A DNA stretch of 63,516 nucleotides, filler included, from Octopus bimaculoides (Eukaryota): NCBI RefSeq assembly GCF_001194135.2. It is 4 parts of 2 records of this genome, joined end to end, with 100 filler letters (N's around TTAATTAATTAA, not from the genome) between each part and the next. Parts side by side here need not be neighbours in the genome. Positions count along the whole stretch, not along the records: positions 1 to 18,236 come from NC_068987.1; positions 18,337 to 36,709 come from NC_068986.1; 2 more parts are not named here. One strand, given 5' to 3'. A program made the position numbers and the translations under genes. A model generated the notes under the pieces. It made no database searches, was not told where the DNA came from, and was given only the letters and a program-made list of their open reading frames with translations. This document shows, one piece after another, positions 12,820 through 25,901 of this stretch; within the stretch, counting starts at the first letter, position 1, and every line of letters starts with the position of its first letter.

Positions 12820-13430
12820 ACGTTAAAAACCTGCAAAATGCTAACATCAACTGGAAACCTCCACAGAAATAGTGACATCGACAGACTCTACCTAAGAAGA
12901 GATAAAGGATGTAGAAGTTTGCGATCAGTGCAGACAGCCTATGAATGTCGTATGAATGTCTTTCTTTGACAGCGTTTGCTAAACAACTGCAGTAAAAACA
13001 AATACATTCTCTTAGTACTGAAAAGTGAAGACAACAATGTCCTACGAGTTGGCAGTGAGCTACTCAAGATGCGCTGATGATCTCCCATACAATTCCAAAA
13101 CAGCCGGACTATTATACATCAAAGTAGACCTGGATCTGAAACATTCAGCATACCAAAGAAGAAAAAAAAAAAAGGCTTCCCGAAGACTTGAAGAAGACTC
13201 GAAGAAAACTTGAAGAAGACTCGAAGAAAACTTGAAGAAGACTCGAAGAAAACTTGAAGAAGACAATAACAATGATATGAAGCGAAGCCTCCCTTGGAAC
13301 CGTGGCCGCTGCATCACATCACACTTTGAAGACAATGCATTTGCAGTACAAGAACAGAGGATTGGTACGAAATGCCTAATCAATAAAAGAGATGCAACCG
13401 AAAATGTAGATTATGTCATGTTTACGTGAA
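12820..13430 (+). mobile_element. R4/Dong-type element, resumed post-RT part
   Basis: TCKMLTSTGNLHRNSDIDRLYLRRDKG. ITSHFEDNAFAVQEQRIGTKCLINKRD matches ORF 946-1623. Confidence 0.85.
13187..13264. repeat. 22-bp tandem repeat CTTGAAGAAGACTCGAAGAAAA, about 3.5 copies
   Basis: Direct inspection. Confidence 0.9.
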
Positions 13431-13709
13431 GATACGATCATTACTTCGATGTCACAAGTCCAGTTGAACGGCGGAGAGAAAGAGACGGAAAATGGAGGGG
13501 AGAAAGAGAGAGGAAGAGACGGAGAGAGTATGAAGAGAGGGATAGAAAGAGTATGAAGAAAAAACTTCGGTTGGAAAGAGGAAGTCCCAAAAGGAATTTT
13601 CTTATCCCTGGAAGAGGAAGTTATCCGTTACAGTCTGCTTTCAAAAACACCCGCAGATAGTGTTGGATTAATGCTTTCTTTCGCCAACGAAGAGGAAAAT
13701 TATATTTCC

Positions 13710-14110
13710 TTGAAATGGTAAGGAATGGAAATAGTAAAGACTGATAAGGAACCTTTTTGAAGGTTAAAGAAAAATAGTAAGGAATGGCTAAAAGTGTTGG
13801 AGAACATAAAATGGTTAAAATTAGACAGAATTGATTACGATTGTTAAAGAATGGCAACGGATGGTAAACAATGGTAGAAAATTCATTAAAAAAATGGTAA
13901 AGACTGGTAAGAAATGGTAAAAAATTATAATGAAGAGTCATGAGTGGTAAAAAAAAAAGATAAAAAATAATAATGGCAGTTAAAGAATGGTAAAGAAGGT
14001 TAAGTGATGATGAAGAATTATTAGGAAAGATTAATAAGAGTAAAATTTTAAAATGGTAAGTAATGGTATGGATTACTAAGAAATGGTAGAGAATGGTAAA
14101 GAATAGTTAG
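13710..14110. repeat. Degenerate array of ~10-bp AAGAATGGTA-like units
   Basis: Many AATGGTA/AATAGTA variants with irregular spacing. Confidence 0.6.
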
Positions 14111-14639
14111 GAATACAGAATCAAGAGAAGTGAGAAGCTTTTAACAAGTTGATGATGATTGTACGAAGAGGACATTCCAAGAATTCTTTAATCTGACACA
14201 CACATGACATTCTACAGACTCTACATACATTATACATCCATTATAAACATGTATACATTATATAGCCCACATGTTTAAGTAGGTTATCAGAAGGAAGAGA
14301 GGGGAGTTGAGTAGTGGGGGTGAGGAACGAATGAGCTACTGTTAGGTGGGTGGGCTGGGGCAAGCTGATGGGGTGGTGATCGGGTGGAGTTGATGGTGGG
14401 GCGGAAATGCGACAGATGATATTTCAAGGTTGATGCTTAGCTAGTCCCCGCCTGCTACGTGTCAATAGCAGTAGTTGTAGTAGTAGTTGTTGTGATAAAT
14501 TGTTTTCTCCTAACTCAGCGTCCTGATTGTTGTAGTAGTAATAGTAGTAGTATAAAAACCAAGTCGATCGACCTTGCCGCCGGGAGCGCTACACCATTTG
14601 TGTGATGTGGAAAATATTCCATTACTATTGCACAAATGA

Positions 14640-14965
14640 TGTTGGCATCAATTTTAAAATCCACCCAAGACTTGGCCCCCGTGCTATCCGCCCACTGCAA
14701 AAATCGAACTCAGGACACATTAAACCACAACTACTTTACCTCAACCGGTCCAGCTCTCTTTAAAACCAAAATACGTCAAAACGGTTCCCATAAAATTCAA
14801 AAGTTCGCTGGATAAATTTCTTCAAAAAACCCGGACCAACCTCCTACACCCGGATATGTCTCCAACAATACAAACACTTTGCTAGAGTGGGTCATGGTGC
14901 CCCATATACGACTAAAAGAATCACCATGTGGTGCTATTAAGTTACACATAGGTTGGGCCTCTCAA
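14640..14965 (+). mobile_element. 3' end of a CR1-group (CR1/L2-like) LINE
   Basis: FTSTGPALF...KFKSSLDKFLQK.PDQPPTPGYVSNNTNTLLEW, read across frameshifts. Confidence 0.75.
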
Positions 14966-14979
14966 AGTTATTTGATTCC

Positions 14980-16138
14980 GGATCTTTGTGGTTTTCGTCA
15001 ATGTTTACAATTTTGTTCCAATTGTTTTCAAATTTGGTTTATGGATTAAGTTTTGTCTACTAATTATGAAAATGAAATTCATTTTCCCTATAAATCCATA
15101 ATTAAAAAAAATTATTAGCCTTTAAAATTTGCAAAATTTGGGTATTTTAGCCAGTCAGAAGCGAGTGTTTTACACATCACCGCGGCGAAAAACTCTGTTT
15201 CCATAGTAACCAAAGATGCTACGCATGCGCACAAGGAGGAGAAGAAGATACGAGAAAGATAATCTTCTACTATGATAATACTCTTGTGTTTTTCTCCGTC
15301 ACAACATATGAATGAGAAAGGAAGGTGTGATAAATGAATAAGGAAGGAAGGAAGGAAGGAAGGGGTGATGGCAAACNNNNNNNNNNNNNNNNNNNNNNNN
15401 NNNNNNNNNNNNNNNNNNNNNNNNNNNNNNNNNNNNNNNNNNNNNNNNNNNNNNNNNNNNNNNNNNNNNNNNNNNNNNNNNNNNNNNNNNNNNNNNNNNN
15501 NNNNNNNNNNNNNNNNNNNNNNNNNNNNNNNNNNNNNNNNNNNNNNNNNNNNNNNNNNNNNNNNNNNNNNNNNNNNNNNNNNNNNNNNNNNNNNNNNNNN
15601 NNNNNNNNNNNNNNNNNNNNNNNNNNNNNNNNNNNNNNNNNNNNNNNNNNNNNNNNNNNNNNNNNNNNNNNNNNNNNNNNNNNNNNNNNNNNNNNNNNNN
15701 NNNNNNNNNNNNNNNNNNNNNNNNNNNNNNNNNNNNNNNNNNNNNNNNNNNNNNNNNNNNNNNNNNNNNNNNNNNNNNNNNNNNNNNNNNNNNNNNNNNN
15801 NNNNNNNNNNNNNNNNNNNNNNATTTGCTCGCGAATGTTTTAATGTTAACTTCATTCGTGTATATTTTAATGTTTTGACTATTATTTCTAGCAACGTTTT
15901 GACATGCCCATCCCACCCAGCCCCTGATGATGGAAGAGGCAGCGAACGCTCTGTTTTCTGATTGGCTGAAAATTCTGAAAATTATCAAACTTTGAACACT
16001 TGTAACATTTTTGCCAAATTTTTCTGGAATAAATGAAGAACAGATTCGGATTCAGCGTCAAAAATTACATCAATATGATACATTGAAATAATTTCTTTTA
16101 AAGATAATTGTAAACAGTGGCGAAAACCACGAAGATCC
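14980..16138. mobile_element. Non-autonomous DNA transposon/MITE with 31-bp TIRs
   Basis: GGATCTTTGTGGTTTTCGTCAATGTTTACAA (14980-15010) matches the reverse complement of 16108-16138 with 3 mismatches. Internal inverted TAGCCAGTCAGAA / TTCTGATTGGCTG. N gap inside. Confidence 0.8.
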
Positions 16139-16818
16139 CCGATTCCTTTACACAGCACATTGGGCAGCAATCCCCTTTGAGCTAATCAATGCCTTTATAG
16201 GTAGAATTTAGTAGATGGAAACAATGTAGATAGTCAAATTCAGAGATGCTTGCGTGTTTAATTATTATCAAGCCTTACTATGAATTAAGGAAGAATGCAA
16301 AGACAACCGTTTATATTTATGGGACCAACTCCAAATGAGACGCGAAGATAACCACAAAAACCCCCAAATTTTCCCAAATTGACAAATTGTTAAAGAAAAG
16401 ACAGCCTGGTTTTCTGATAACAAAATGACAGTTCCATGTTAAGTGCCACCGCGTGTTGTCCTACTTTCTCTCTAGAGTAGAAAAGAATTTGATTTCGATT
16501 TCGGCGCAGATAATATTAGGAATTTTTAAAGGAGACAAGATCTCCAAGAACTTGTTTGTAGCGAGATCGCTATGTACAGTTATTTGTAATCTACTTTCTC
16601 CCACAAAAATAAATAGGCGTTGAAAAAGATACATAGATCTTTGTTGCAGAATGAAAGGATGACAAAACCGTCATCTCTATAATAGCCATCTTGGATTGAA
16701 AGGAATTTTGAATTTTATTTGTTTGGAATAAATTATCCGACAATACCATTGACTTCTTTGGAGTCTTTAGGCTTCATACAACATCAAGTAAATGCTTAGA
16801 ATGTTACAAATTCAAATG

Positions 16819-16882
<64 letters not shown>

Positions 16883-17374
16883 GTGTGTGTACGTGATTGT
16901 GAATGTATATATTCGTGTTCATAGACATATATATGTATACATGAGTATTTATATGGATATAAGTGTATCTGTATATATATAACGAGTATAATTGTATTTA
17001 TCATTATTTTTTCTTTTTCTCTTTTAAGATCTGTTTCTTTTCTTTTGCACATTACATTAGCCCTCATCGTAAGCCAGGAGAAATGTTCTCTTTCTCCATA
17101 TACAACTCCTTGCCGTACCTTTCTGCCATAATCCTCTCTCCAGTAATATCATTCCATTTCCACTCACTCTTCCGCCTATAATTTCTACTCAACTCTCTCC
17201 TTATCTATTTCATAATTACGTTCACTGCTCCATACCCTAAACTCCATAATTACCGACATAAACATTGCAGCCAGTTCCTTAAACATTCCTAAAACACGAA
17301 TTATCATTTTTAACTATTTGACATTTATTCTGGATTGGCCCAGGTTCGGATTATTATCATCATCATCATCATCA

Positions 17375-17421
<47 letters not shown>

Positions 17422-18189
17422 TGACATTTTATTTACTCGAACCCACACAAAAGCCAAATTCTTCGTCATTTACAAAATGCAGCCAGGAAATTCTAGTTTC
17501 AATTACTGTTCCAGCATAATTAATTCAACCAATTACGAGATATCATTAACTTTTCAGAATTCCATTCTCGGAGAATTCCTAGCACTAAACTCCTCTAATT
17601 CTCTATCTTTTAATATTTCACAACTATCCCTTAATTTTTGGTAGAAATATATATTTACAAATGAGCCCACTCTACATGTTTTTCTGTTTTAGAGAAGAGA
17701 GAAAGTAGTATATATGACCCTTTACAGGGATCCTGAGGCTGGTGAGAGGGAGGGATGTATCCTGAAACCGGGAACCAGGGTGAACTCCGCTAAAAGCACC
17801 CAAGGGGCCGGATGGAGTGATGTTGAACCAGGTAACATAGTGAGCTAAGAGGCGGTTGGTCATGTATTTGGAACTCAAAGAGTTGGAACAAATACCACCA
17901 GGCATTCGATCCCCCGTTCTTACAGTTCCGCTAAACTTCGGTCCCTGGATTCTAATTTTATTTTATCGGACCCAAAGGGATGAAAAGCAAAGTTTAACGT
18001 CGATGAGATTTGAACCAAGAGCTAGAACAGTCAGAATAAATACCCCAAAGTCGACTGTCTGAAGCTCCACCGAATTTCCTTCATCACTTCCTCATAGACG
18101 CCGTTGACTTCCAACGTATTCGATTTAGTTGAACCGTCAAACCTCACACAAGACGTGTTTTCCTTGTCTTTATTTCCCCTTGTTAGCAG

Positions 18190-18236
<47 letters not shown>

Positions 18237-18336
18237 NNNNNNNNNNNNNNNNNNNNNNNNNNNNNNNNNNNNNNNNNNNNTTAATTAATTAANNNNNNNN
18301 NNNNNNNNNNNNNNNNNNNNNNNNNNNNNNNNNNNN
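18237..18336. other. Artificial scaffold spacer N44-TTAATTAATTAA-N44
   Basis: Exactly 100 bp with stops in all six frames. Identical at 36710-36809 and 57929-58028. Confidence 0.95.
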
Positions 18337-18378
<42 letters not shown>

Positions 18379-18693
18379 ATACATATATATACATGTATAC
18401 ATATGTGTACATACATATATATACATGTATACATATGTATATATACATATATATACACATATATATATGTATATATACGTATTTATATATATGTATATAC
18501 ATATATATAGTATATATACATACATATATACATATATAAATGTATGTGTATTTTTTCAATGTGTACAAATAACACGGAAAAAATAAATAGTTACCAAGGT
18601 AGCAAAAATTCACATAATGCCAAGGATATTACAGCCTACTTATAAAGGTAGAAATTCCAGGGTTAAGTGAAATGTCTTTGTATAACATTGATG

Positions 18694-19523
18694 AATTAAG
18701 AAATGGGTTCAAACGCAGGTGTTATTCAAATTTTTATACTTCCGACATATGTTTCGAAGAAAACATTGATATTATTGGGGAGAGAATAAAACGATGTAAA
18801 ACAATGCAATCATCTCGTCAGGAAAAAAAAGAATAGAGAATCAAAACACATCAATACGCCATTTTGACCGAATATTATTACCGCGTATATGATGAAGGGG
18901 AACGCTGGCAAGATATTTTTTTAAACCGTTAATAGAATTAACGTCAAAGGCAATTTAGGGAAAGAGAACGCGGAGAAAGAAGGAAATTAACAGAGAATTA
19001 AAAGTTGAGAAATATAGTGTGATAAATGAATGGAATAAAGCTTAAAAGCGTGGAAATAGATATATGTAGTGGAAATGAAATGTAAGATGACAGTTACAGG
19101 CTCAATATCATAGATTGGCAGAAATTACTTATAGAAACTAAAGGTATGTGTTTGCCAATGTTTGCTACGATAAACGCGTTCTTTAAACGTGTTTACAAAA
19201 GAATTCTCTGAGAACAGGAGGAGGAATTGTTCTTCGTTACAGAGCGGACAAAATGATTTGCCTTTATCATAAGGGAAGGATCTAGATAGAATATTCCATT
19301 CCAAATCAAATGTTTATTATGTTCCTTCATCATATACGCGGTAATCACATTCGGTTAAAATGGCTTATTGATGTGTTTTGTTTCTCTTTTTTTCCCTGGT
19401 GAGATAATTGCATTGTTTTACATTAATTTATTCCTTCCGGAATAATATCAATGTTTTCTTCGAAACAAATGTCGGAAGAATAAAGATCTGAGTAACACCT
19501 GCGTTTGACTGCATTTCTTAATT
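18694..19523. mobile_element. Foldback/MITE-like element with ~210-bp imperfect inverted arms
   Basis: 18694-18903 aligns with the reverse complement of 19321-19523 (CAAACGCAGGTGTTA, TTCCGACA, TTTCGAAGAAAACATTGATATTATT, TTACCGCGTATATGATGAAGG). Confidence 0.85.
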
Positions 19524-20335
<812 letters not shown>

Positions 20336-21477
20336 TATGTGAGATAATAGTTTCACCTTTAATAGTTTCAGTATTAATAATGAAACTGTTAAAACTGAAA
20401 GTATTATTTCACATTACAATACAGATGTTGTTGTTTCACTTCTGACACATAAAACTGAAATAGTGTAAGAGATAAGAGATTACTTGGGGCTCGTATTCGG
20501 CAAGAATTTGAAAATGTCTTTGGCCCATGATACCGCAATTATCCTAAGGAAAGCATGTGTAAAATTTGAATGAAATTGGTTGGGTAGTTCTCGAGTTTTA
20601 GCGATGCTCACATATAGACAGACAGACACACATCCACACATTCTCAGTTTTATATATATATATATATATATAGATACATATATATATGTATGGCTGTGTG
20701 GTAAGTAGATCGCTTCGCGCATGCGTTAGTTAGTTTTACTTCTGCACTGATGTTGTCAAGACGTTGCTTTGCAGTGGTCTTGAATTGAAGAACTGTGAAG
20801 GCGCAACTATTAGGTAAGNNNNNNNNNNNNNNNNNNNNNNNNNNNNNNNNNNNNNNNNNNNNNNNNNNNNNNNNNNNNNNNNNNNNNNNNNNNNNNNNNN
20901 NNNNNNNNNNNNNNNNNNNNNNNNNNNNNNNNNNNNNNNNNNNNNNNNNNNNNNNNNNNNNNNNNNNNNNNNNNNNNNNNNNNNNNNNNNNNNNNNNNNN
21001 NNNNNNNNNNNNNNNNNNNNNNNNNNNNNNNNNNNNNNNNNNNNNNNNNNNNNNNNNNNNNNNNNNNNNNNNNNNNNNNNNNNNNNNNNNNNNNNNNNNN
21101 NNNNNNNNNNNNNNNNNNNNNNNNNNNNNNNNNNNNNNNNNNNNNNNNNNNNNNNNNNNNNNNNNNNNNNNNNNNNNNNNNNNNNNNNNNNNNNNNNNNN
21201 NNNNNNNNNNNNNNNNNNNNNNNNNNNNNNNNNNNNNNNNNNNNNNNNNNNNNNNNNNNNNNNNNNNNNNNNNNNNNNNNNNNNNNNNNNNNNNNNNNNN
21301 NNNNNNNNNNNNNNNNNNNNNNNNNNNNNNNNNNNNNNNNNNNNNNNNNNNNNNNNNNNNNNNNNNNNNNNNNNNNNNNNNNNNNNNNNNNNNNNNNNNN
21401 NNNNNNNNNNNNNNNNNNNNNNNNNNNNNNNNNNNNNNNNNNNNNNNNNNNNNNNNNNNNNNNNNNNNNNNNNNNNN

Positions 21478-21811
21478 TAAGACAGATATAGAAAAAGAGT
21501 TGACAGAGCATCTGCCAACTATTAAGTTTATTTCCAGAGGTGCTAAATATGTAACGGTGTGGTTGCTATTTGACACCCCTGAGGTAGCTTGTAAATTTGC
21601 GAGCCAGCCCTTAGAAGGGCAAGAGATTCTGTTTCTTCCCACATATTGTGGGAAGAAATTAACAAGAGCTTGGGTCTGTGTGCTGCCACCGGGCATTGAA
21701 CCGGAATGGATAGAGGAGACTATCCGCCGGAATCTGGGTGGCAGCGGGCCCAAGCTTTTAAATGTGAAATTGTTGCCGGCGGCTGAGTGGGTTTGTGTGG
21801 CTGAGGTGTAA
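21478..21811 (+). mobile_element. Probable L1/Tx1-type ORF1 (RRM-like) fragment
   Basis: Open non-repetitive frame FISRGAKYVTVWLLFDTPE...FLPTYCGKKLTRAWVCVLPPGIEPEWI, resembling LINE ORF1 RRM regions. The 5' end lies in an N gap. Confidence 0.5.
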
Positions 21812-21939
21812 GTAGGTGTATGTATCTGTGAGTTTACGGGTGGAGGGGGTAGGAGGGAGAAGGGTGTAGAAATATAAGGAGAGAAGAATATTTCAGGTTG
21901 TAAGTAAAAATATATTTGCAATCTAATCAAGATATCCTT

Positions 21940-22023
21940 GGCCTGAAGAGTAGCCAGCGGTATATACCGCGCTTTGGATTTTACCACTTCTGTAGTTTCA
22001 CTCGTTATGAAACATATGTAGCC
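21940..22023 (+). ncRNA. Minimal type I hammerhead ribozyme (Penelope-type)
   Basis: Stem I GGC/GCC. Core CUGAAGA 21943-21949. Stem II GUAGC/GUUAU with internal hairpin GCGG-UAUAUA-CCGC. GAAA 22009-22012. Palindromic stem III ACAUAUGU. GUA cleavage triplet ending at 22020. Confidence 0.85.
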
Positions 22024-22320
22024 CGAATTTTTCCTACTCCATTCCGTAACTCTTATAGGAAAAATAGAAGTTGAAAATGCCCTGAGAATAGTTAAAATAT
22101 TTTTCATTATTGTATTTAAAGTTTTAACCGGTTTCACAGTTTACACTGATTTTCAAAAATTTGAAATAGAAAGATTTATGTCGCACCTGTTTTGCTTCTG
22201 ACTTGTGTTTGGAGCTTGTCCTATTCTTATAGGGAGTTCATGGCTCAAATTAGTACATGTTTTGAATAGGATTTGATTGGTAGAGGATAGCCACACGACT
22301 GGTCTTTAAAATTTTTGTAG

Positions 22321-22578
22321 GTTCCCCGCTACGTCCGTGTGTTAGTATCAAGTGACAATGTTTAGCGTCCTAAGTTAAGGTTGACACGGTTGACTAAACA
22401 AGTCTAGTGGTAGTACTAAACAATCAATGCTCTGAATGTTTGCTGTCAAGTGTTTGTAGAGAATGAAGATATGATAAAGTTTAGAACCTTCTGTACGTTT
22501 CCCGCTACGTCCGTGCGTTAGTGTCATGTGGCAGCATATTTTGCGCCTAAAATGAAGGTCGGCTCGATTGAGAAAATA
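22321..22578 (+). repeat. Two diverged ~80-bp direct repeats, period 176 bp, upstream of the Penelope-like ORF
   Basis: CCCGCTACGTCCGTGYGTTAGT at 22325 and 22501, with similarity continuing downstream. Confidence 0.8.
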
Positions 22579-22639
22579 TGTTTAATTACAATCAAGGCAC
22601 TCCATATTCAATCCGTCTAGTGGGAAAGTAGACAGGAGT

Positions 22640-24885
22640 TAAGATCTATAATTTTGGATTTGAAATCTAAACAAGGAATATTAGTTCAATCTGAAAAAAC
22701 AAGAAATGTATATAATTTGAACATTTATCTATACCATGAACTACTTAGGAAGGAAATCATCAAAAAATACAAGGTAGTTACCAAAAATGCATTAAGAACA
22801 ATTAATCTTCAAGCTAAAAAAATTATGATTGAATATGCTTTTTTTCCCTTTAAGGCCTAGAATCTCTTTAAAGAACCATAAAGATAATTTTCAAACAACC
22901 CCTAAAGTTATACTCATCTGCCCTGCTCGATTGGACATAGGTAAACTTAGTAAATGCATTATGGATAAACTCAAGAGCAAAATTTAACTTAAACTATGGT
23001 CTAATACACAAGAAGTAATAGACTGGTTCATCAAAATAGAAAATAAAAATGAATGCAGATTCCTACAGGTAGATATTAACGACTATTGCTCATCAGTTAA
23101 CCCCACAGTCCTAAACAGTGCCCTAATATTTGTTAGATATAATACTGAATTGTCTAGGAAAGAAATTCAAGTTATACTAACAGCCCATAAATCAGTAATT
23201 AAGTTCGATAATAAACTATGAGCACGTAAGGATACACCTGACTGCTTTGATATAGCTATGGGATCATCAGACTCTACTCAAGCCACAGGTTTAGTCGGTT
23301 TATACATTCTACATAAATTCAATAGTAAATTTCCTGAAATGGGTGGTGGTTTATATAGGGATGATGCATTGTTCCTCATTAAAAGAAACATTCAAATAGA
23401 AAACTAGAATTATATAAGAAAAAACTCCACCAGTTCTTTAACCGTTTTGGATTTACTATTTCTGTTGAAACTGAGCACAACTCAGTTATATTTTTAGACG
23501 TGAATTTTAACCTTATTTGAGGCAAATATGCACCATACCATAAGCCTAACTCTAAAATCACCTATATTAATATAAAAAGTAATCATCCTAAGTCAATTAC
23601 TAATTGTTTAGTTAATAACATCGAAAGAAGAATAAATTACCCCTCATATAGTGAAGATACCTTTAACGATAACAAGGAATTATATAATATTGCACTGGAA
23701 AAGGCTGATTATAAACAGAAAATTAAATATATTAAGCATGGTTTACATACAGTTAATAATAACCATAAAAATGACCATGAAGCTAAACACAAATAAGAAT
23801 AAGCTCGGGACCCAACCGATGAATAATGCTATAAATATTGATAACACAGTTAAAAGATTACAGAATAAATATATATTGGACAAAAAGAACCAACAGATAG
23901 ATAGCGTAGTAGAAATGAAAAAGATAGACCTGAAGACCAACGCTAATCCTTATATTGACAATAACAATATAAACATGCATATAATACACCCTACGTATAC
24001 TAAACATAAAGCAAGTTATGAACATAATCAGCCTCCGTCAAAGTCAATAAGAACATGAGTCCATCCAGCAATTATTATAACAAATTTAACACTATTTACA
24101 ATATAACAAGAAATAAAAATTATATGCCTTATATTAGATGCAAAATGGAAAACTATCACAATCCAACTGCTGGTAATAATAAAGGAAAATATTATCTGGC
24201 TAAGCAAGTAAAAACTAACCTGATTAGAGTTATACGATGGTCAATAAATAAACACTTCTCTCCCAATAAAAACAAATATAATGACTTATTTCACAGCAGA
24301 TTTTTTAGATGTGATAATTCCGTTTCTCGTAATTTATTTAGATGTATATCTTCTTTAAATTCTGCTAAATTAGATAAATTTTATGATAAACGTAAGCATA
24401 TGCTTCCTCATAATAAACAAAATAACAATGTGCCATTTATACAAGAGTCCCTATATCCAAATAACAATCCAGGGGAGATTATTGCCCGTAACCCACCTGT
24501 AATTGCTAGTGATAATATGAGTAATTTTTGCGATTGTAGAGTTAAAGAACAATAAAAATTTAATAATTATTGCAAACGGAATAATTTCAATTTTATTTCA
24601 AGGCCCGCCTGGCTAACTACGAATGTTCTTTTAGAAACTCTGCTAAACGTTCTTCTACTAGTCTTAGTACATTCATCTAGAAATTAAAAGACAATAATAT
24701 AAGTTTTAAAATTAGATGGAAGATTATATCTTTTGCAAGATCTTATCGCCCACCGGATAGAAAATGTCAACTCTGTACATCCGAAGGCTATAATATTCTT
24801 TTTTCTAGTAAAAATTTATTAAATGAGAGGGTTGAAAAGTTTTCCCCATGCTTACACACTCCTAAATATCTATTTTATAAATAAC
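22640..24885 (+). mobile_element. Decayed Penelope-like element: RT followed by C-terminal Zn-finger/endonuclease region (possibly Hydra-type)
   Basis: ICPARLDIGKLSK, WSNTQEVIDWF, FLQVDIND, FDIAMGSSD, GLYRDDAL, FLDVNFNL, YHKPNSKITYINIKSNHPK, CDCRVK...C, FKARLANYECSF, WKIISFARSY...CQLC...LLNER. Many stops and frameshifts. Clade assignment tentative. Confidence 0.9.
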
Positions 24886-25901
24886 ATTAATCATTCTGTC
24901 CAATATTAACCATTAATAATTTGTAAAATTGAAACTTAATTAATTAGACTCTTTTAGCACCAGAATTTATATCTATAATTTTAAACATTATATAAATATA
25001 TAATAATTTGCCTAAATATACTTATGTATAACATTTATTTTTAACACATGCATAATAACTTATGTATATTGTTTTTTTTTATTCCAATGAATCATTCAAT
25101 ATTATTTATTTCGTAATATATATAAATAACATTCCCTTACCTATAAATTTATTGCATATCTGTTATTTTTTCTTATTTTTCCACAGTAAAATAAATTATA
25201 TTATAATTCATACTCATTTGGTTATCTTTGAATTTAAATATCACCTATTTAGTAGGTGTACCTACTAAATAGATCCGATGTATTTTAGTAACGTATCGAC
25301 CATAATATATAAATATAGATAATCAGTTTTTCTTCATATTACGTAATACGCTATTCCTTCTTACAATAGAATAATCTCCAATTTACACATTTATATAGCG
25401 AATAATTAATAATTACAAACATATTATACTACATTATAAGATACACCCAAATACATGCTCCCTTATAATCTACTAGTTTTTATTTCATTATATGAGTTTT
25501 ATGTTTTCCTTTTCACCCCCTAGTTCAATTAATCTAACCTATCCGTCATTTATTTTATTATAGATTTTTCCCTTGCTTATTTAAGTATTATCATTTTTCT
25601 TTTTATTTAAATTTTATACTATACATATTTTACATATATGTATATTTTTCTTTAATTTCTATTTATTGTTGATTTTATTTTTATCCTTATCTTCTTTTTT
25701 TACCCTTATTATTTTAGGTTATATTTATTTTTTGTTGTTTATTTTTATTTATTTTGTACTATATGGCATCTTCACAAATCTCTATAACTCACCACCTAGA
25801 TACACTTACATTACATATAGGATCTAACCTCTTACACTTATAACTATTTTGTATGCATCCTTCCAAGAAAAATATTAACCTTAGTTCTATAAGCTCATAA
25901 T

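Noticed and set aside
22640-24885. Assignment of the Penelope-like element to the Naiad clade
   Set aside because: Naiads have an N-terminal endonuclease. Here the endonuclease region follows the RT.
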